Assembly: GCA_051362555.1 (NCBI GenBank)
Contig: CM120640.1
Location: forward strand, 59,684,788-59,748,787
Reading direction: 5' to 3'
DNA from: Lingula anatina
Taxonomy: Eukaryota; Animalia; Brachiopoda
DNA length: 64,000 nt
Below the pieces are notes generated by a model, which was given only the letters and a program-made list of their open reading frames with translations, was not told the DNA's origin and did no database searches. Both the position numbers and the translations under genes were made by a program. Positions 60,301 through 64,000 of this stretch are shown here, piece after piece (position 1 is the stretch's first letter; each line of letters starts with the position of its first letter).

Positions 60301-60515
60301 AATGAAAGTTAAGTTAACAATTTCAAAATATTAAGCCAAATTGTTGGGATAAACTTACTGTCGGTGCCTTTTGTTAACCTAAGGACGTCATCTGCGGTAA
60401 TATCTTTCTTCTTCAATAACTCTTCCTCCGTCAACGCATCCTTCTTTGCCTTTACTTGCCGTGCTAAAAACCCTCCACCTTTCTTTTTACCAGAATTCGC
60501 ACTCTTTGCGCTCAT
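50810..60515 (-). CDS. UNC119: Protein unc-119 homolog (myristoyl-binding carrier, PDE-delta fold), 222 aa, 5 exons
   Basis: Exons (minus) 60359-60515, 53747-53860, 52921-53032, 51747-51919, 50810-50922. Hallmarks: [98 protein letters not shown]. Confidence 0.97.
52049..52784 (-). mobile_element. Short HINE family B copy lacking the tandem array (unc-119 intron 3)
   Basis: AACTAGAGGATCAGAGAG...ATTGTACCACCAGCTGGAG is the reverse complement of the 3' end of 23763-25928; GTGTACCGCCAGCGCT...GGTGGTACAATAA is the reverse complement of its 5' end. Confidence 0.8.
55044..55458. mobile_element. MITE of the 23394 family with internally duplicated core
   Basis: TTAGGGTGCATTCCCAGAG ... CTGTGGGAATGGGATCTAA; the core ACCTAACTCCCTGGGGGTTCAC...TAATCTAGTGAGA.TCCCC occurs twice. 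Confidence 0.65.
56398..56468. repeat. (AT)n microsatellite
   Basis: Directly visible. Similar (TA)n at 19035-19094, (TG)n at 48775-48812 and 57299-57338, (AAT)n at 48522-48560. Confidence 0.95.
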
Positions 60516-60654
60516 TTTGAAAATATTGATACCTTTTCTGAAGTTCTTATAGAATGGATATATGGTCTAATTCATTCAGTATAAACAAGGATATCTATAA
60601 AGAAACGACTAGTTACGGTGTCAAGCAACCAATCACCTTCCCCAAGCTTTTTTT

Positions 60655-60695
60655 CCAATATGGCCGACCAAATGGAATGCTGGGATTGTTGTGTT
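60655..60695 (-). promoter_or_regulatory. unc-119 proximal promoter with YY1-like (GGCCATATT) and ZNF143/Staf-like (ACAACAATCCCAGCATTCC) sites
   Basis: ~140-180 bp upstream of the unc-119 ATG. Resemble YY1 CGCCATNTT and ZNF143 ACTACAATTCCCAGCATGC consensus motifs. Confidence 0.45.
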
Positions 60696-61091
60696 TGCTG
60701 TGCTCTGCTTGAAATTTATTAGACGAAAAAGCACCCAACTGAAGCAATTTAATCAAGTTTAGCCAAAAGCATTCACCGAATATTCGAGCTTTTTTCTTTA
60801 GTCGGAGACGGCTTTCTACCAGTACTTTGGTACTCTACATTACTAGTTTCAGAATTTCAGTGTCTGAGTGCCCATGATGAAATGTTAATCCTTAGACCTA
60901 GGCCTATAATATAATGTTTATAATAAATGTTGAAAATGCATTACTCTACCTTTCCTATTTTTGGCACACCGAAAAAAAAAATTATAAATCTTAGTTTTAA
61001 GTAAAAAAAAATGTCATGCCAGCCTATGTAACTTCTGACAGGTGCCAGTTTTTGGTAGTTTTCAGTTTTTGACATCTTGACTTCAACGAAG

Positions 61092-61331
61092 CAGTGGCGG
61101 ATTTAGAGGGGGTGGGGTCCTATAACCTCCCCCCCTCCCTCTTCGGTTTCTGAAAAACATATCACACCAATATTCCCCTCTTGAAATTTGAAGTTTGACT
61201 AACTAAAGCATAGTTCCAAAGGGCACTGTTTGCTCTCCAAATTACCACACCAAGGGGGCGATGCATGGTCGGCTTCGCATTCGAGGTCTGTCGTTCCCCC
61301 CCCCCCCCCAATAATCCTGAATCCGCCCCTG
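61092..61331. mobile_element. hAT-like MITE
   Basis: TIR CAGTGGCGGATT ... AATCCGCCCCTG with G-run/C-run subterminal stretches; TSD not evident. Confidence 0.6.
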
Positions 61332-62010
61332 ATAAAGTAGGCTACACCTAATTAACACATAGCCAGCCGCCGTTTAAATGTCAGTCCTTATATCCTAAGT
61401 AAGTATATATATGAAGGACAAATTTATGATATTACAAATAGGTTGCTTCCAGTGACCAATAACAAACCTTTTTTTTCTTAAAAGGGACAAAGCGTAAAAT
61501 TATAAACAACCTTTTCCACTTTAAATATCTTGTTCAATTTAGGGATTTAAAAAAATTTCAGATTTTTATAGAGTCATGACAAGCGTAGGGTAAAGGGGAT
61601 AATTAAAGGTTGGTAAGTAAAGGATAAACACCGTTTTACCAGAGGAAATTTCGTGAAATATGATTAAATCACGAAAAAAAATCTTGCAGTATGATTTGTT
61701 AAAATTTTTAAAACTTTCTCTAAATGTAAAACTCAAGCGTCGCCATAATCGTCGTACGGCAGAAACTATATCACACCGCATGTCACGATTGTGCAGGCGT
61801 TGACTCGCCGCCGCCCCTTCGTAACAGAAACAAGCAGTAGGCCTACGTATTAGTATATAGTTTCATGGACCAATTGTCTATTTACAGCCCAGCGTTGCCC
61901 GCAGCCGACGTCGCTAGCAGGTCAAAGTTTGTCCGATGGTCGAATAGACGCCGCCCAACAATTATATATTGTGGCCCAAGTGCCTATGAAACTTTTTTTG
62001 CACGTCACGT

Positions 62011-63369
62011 CGGGGTCATGCCGATACTCCCCCGCACCGTTACTCCCCCGCACCGATATTCCCCCTTAGTATTAGTAAATTTTTGCATTATGCACATCGA
62101 TACGACCGCACACCAATAGATCCCCGCATCGATAAACCCCCTGTAAAATTGCCGTTATACGCGCACCGTTATTCCCCCGCACCGATACTCCCCCGCATCA
62201 TTACTCCCCTATGCAATTTCCACGAAACTTAGGATCGAGTAACATAGTCAACCCTCCATTTAATTATACAGGTTAGGGTCAGTCTACGTAAGTGGATCAA
62301 AATCTACGACCTGTTTAATCCAAAATTTGCGGAGAATCTCATGTACCACGCAAGTCCTTTATGCGAAATTTCGAGTTCGCATGTATGTAAGCACGTACGG
62401 AGGATATTGAACATTTCCAATAGATTCTACGAATAATCTGCGAACAGCGAAGCCGCAAGCGTAACTTGCTCCCTTCCTAAGGAGTTTGCGAGGGGTTTGC
62501 AAGTGAGACTTGCCTGGTCCAAGATGCACGCCGCAAGAAATGAAGGAGAAAGTGTACTCTGCGTGTTGAGTACGGCGCACGCCCTCACATCTATAACGAA
62601 CAAAGTCGAAAACACGGCGGGACTGCGAGCATAAAAGGCGTGCTCACGACGCATGCTCGTGTCTCGACAATTTCGTTGTGCAACAATTTTCAACAATTTT
62701 GAATTTTGCTCAATTCAGATTCTAATCTAATTCAGATTCAAAAGACAAGGAAAGAAGCTTAAAGAGCAGAAAAGAAGGTTGGAGGAAAAAGACAGAAAAC
62801 GAAGCGCTTTAGCACTTCTTTTTTATTACTTTATAATTTAACAAATTCATAGTTGCCTGAAAAAAAGACATAGCTGCGTTATCTTAGATTAAAAGTAACT
62901 TTGCCTTAAGTTAATAAATAAATAAATAAAAGGCCGTACAATATATATTAGGTAACTACTGAGTACAGTAAGAGAACGAAATTAATTTTGCAAAAAAAAA
63001 AAAAAAAAAAAAATCTCAAAAATCACAAGGAAGAGCTGTAGGCCTACGTACTGTCAAGCTGCACACAAAGTCTGAGATCTACTTCGTGTAACGTTCTTTA
63101 TTTTCCCCAATATATTTCAAATAAAATGTGTCAATTCTGGGTTCTAAGAGGGTGGTGCATCTTGAAAAAAAATCATTATAGAAAGTGTTGTGAATTACGA
63201 ATGGGGTTTTCAAAGCCAAGGGAATCTATGCCTTGGGGGAGTAGTGTTTTTGCGGAGTATCGATACGCGGGAGTATCAGTACGAGGAAGTATCGGTGCGG
63301 GGAAGTATTGGTGCGGGGATGTAAAGAAGCGGGGGAGTATCGGTGCGGGGAGGTATAGGTACGTAACCG
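62011..63369. mobile_element. Non-autonomous DNA transposon with arrays of subterminal CCGATACTCCCCCGCA repeats; left end of a second copy at ~63398-63660
   Basis: Left end CGGGGTCATGCCGATACTCCCC, right end GGGGAGGTATAGGTACGTAACCG. Subterminal motifs are direct on the left and inverted on the right. Flanks TCACGT / TCACAT (6-bp TSD, one mismatch). Confidence 0.7.
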
Positions 63370-64000
63370 TCACATCAGTAAGATCTGCGACCCTGGTGGA
63401 GTCATGTTGACACGTCTCCGCACCGATACTCCTCTGCATCGTTACCCCCCCCCCCCCCCCCTCGCACTGGTTCTCCCCAAAGTAATTTTTTGCATTATAT
63501 GCGCATCGATACGTCCCGATCCGATGGATCCCCGCATCGATACATTACCTGTAAAATTACCTTTACATGCGCATCGCTACCGCCCGCCCCCCCCCCCGCA
63601 TCGTTGCTTCCCCGCATCTTTATTCTCCCGTATCGATACTCCCCCTATGCAATGTTTTCATATAATGAACATCGTTACTCATCGATTTTATATTAAAATA
63701 GGCCATATAAATTTGATAAGTTGACTAAGGAGCCGGGAGTGCGGCCTACCCTAAATTGAAGGAAATACATATAAGCTATTTCTATCAAATGGAAAGATTG
63801 ATTGATATTGGTGTGTTGTGGTAAAAAAATTACAATTGACCGCAGGGAAACTCTTTATGATGTTGCTTTTATGCTTTTAAATCGCCTAAACTTTGGCTTT
63901 GACATATCCTTTGAATAAACAGTATTTGTTTTTTCTAATTCCGACTGACCATAGAATTTAGCTGCTGTGGTCATTAACCATATTTGAATTTTTAAAAAAT

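Overview
AT-rich, intron-containing invertebrate genomic DNA; the repeat types suggest a mollusc or other lophotrochozoan (inference). I assembled five complete spliced genes by hand, each with GT-AG boundaries and consistent intron phases. They are: a ZDHHC5/8 palmitoyltransferase (+, 4769-27135, 8 exons, one U12-type intron); ZNHIT3 (-, 29244-30856); an 821-aa, 19-exon PPP-family Ser/Thr phosphatase (+, 31295-44027); a small, putatively N-myristoylated two-EF-hand protein (-, 45063-47282); and UNC-119 (-, 50810-60515). A probable first exon of a sixth gene (MGAHHS..., -, 4263-4388) lies head-to-head with ZDHHC. Introns are rich in non-autonomous mobile DNA: two Helentron-associated (HINE-like) families with 161-bp and 146-bp internal tandem arrays (one family self-nested), Kolobok-like TTAA MITEs, hAT- and Harbinger-like MITEs, and CR1/L2-type LINE 3' fragments. 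The best candidate for an undescribed system is the phosphatase: it carries an N-terminal degenerate Nudix-like domain and an NCS/calcineurin-B-like EF-hand module, an architecture matching none of the classical animal PPP subfamilies I know.
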